From Camelus ferus (Eukaryota), in contig NC_045696.1 of NCBI RefSeq assembly GCF_009834535.1, positions 69,938,001-70,002,000 on the forward strand: 64,000 bases of DNA, in the 5' to 3' direction. Both the position numbers and the translations under genes were made by a program. Below, in pieces: positions 63,961 through 64,000 of the stretch. The notes beneath the pieces were generated by a model that worked only from the letters and a program-made list of their open reading frames with translations, made no database searches and was not told where the DNA came from. Numbering within the stretch: the stretch's first letter is position 1; each line of letters opens with the position of its first letter.

Positions 63961-64000
63961 TTAAAATTCCAAACACAAGTTTATAAAGTGGAAAGAAACG

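Noticed and set aside
57700..64000. 3' end of a downstream neighbouring gene (SENP2 in human synteny, from recall)
   Set aside because: No recognisable exon or coding match; the region is mostly MER, MLT, L1 and SINE sequence.

Overview
Mammalian genomic DNA, probably a camelid: it has several tRNA-Ala(AGC)-derived Vic-1-like SINEs and no Alu, B1, Bov-tA, PRE-1 or Can-SINE that I could recognise. The window holds the 3' part of IGF2BP2 (IMP2) on the + strand. Bases 1-15906 are the distal part of the long intron 2. Fourteen coding exons follow (exons 3-16 by human numbering, 15907-55603), all GT-AG, splicing into one open frame of 1561 nt that covers RRM2 and KH1-KH4 and ends ...VASQRSK*. The 3'UTR carries let-7, miR-181 and Pumilio motifs and a single canonical AATAAA. 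The last ~7 kb is repeat-rich downstream sequence. Introns carry L1, L2, MIR, SINE, Tigger, MER and MLT repeats and microsatellites. I found no new gene or clearly new biological system. The best leads are: (1) an inverted SINE pair around exons 6-7 that could drive a stop-free 408-nt circRNA; (2) two L1 relics that together hint at an internally deleted, non-autonomous L1 template; (3) a possible cryptic 3'UTR intron whose donor overlaps the stop codon; (4) a G-quadruplex/hairpin switch in the proximal UTR; (5) an in-frame alternative acceptor at exon 5. Repeat subfamily names and human comparisons come from recall and were not database-verified; repeat boundaries are approximate.
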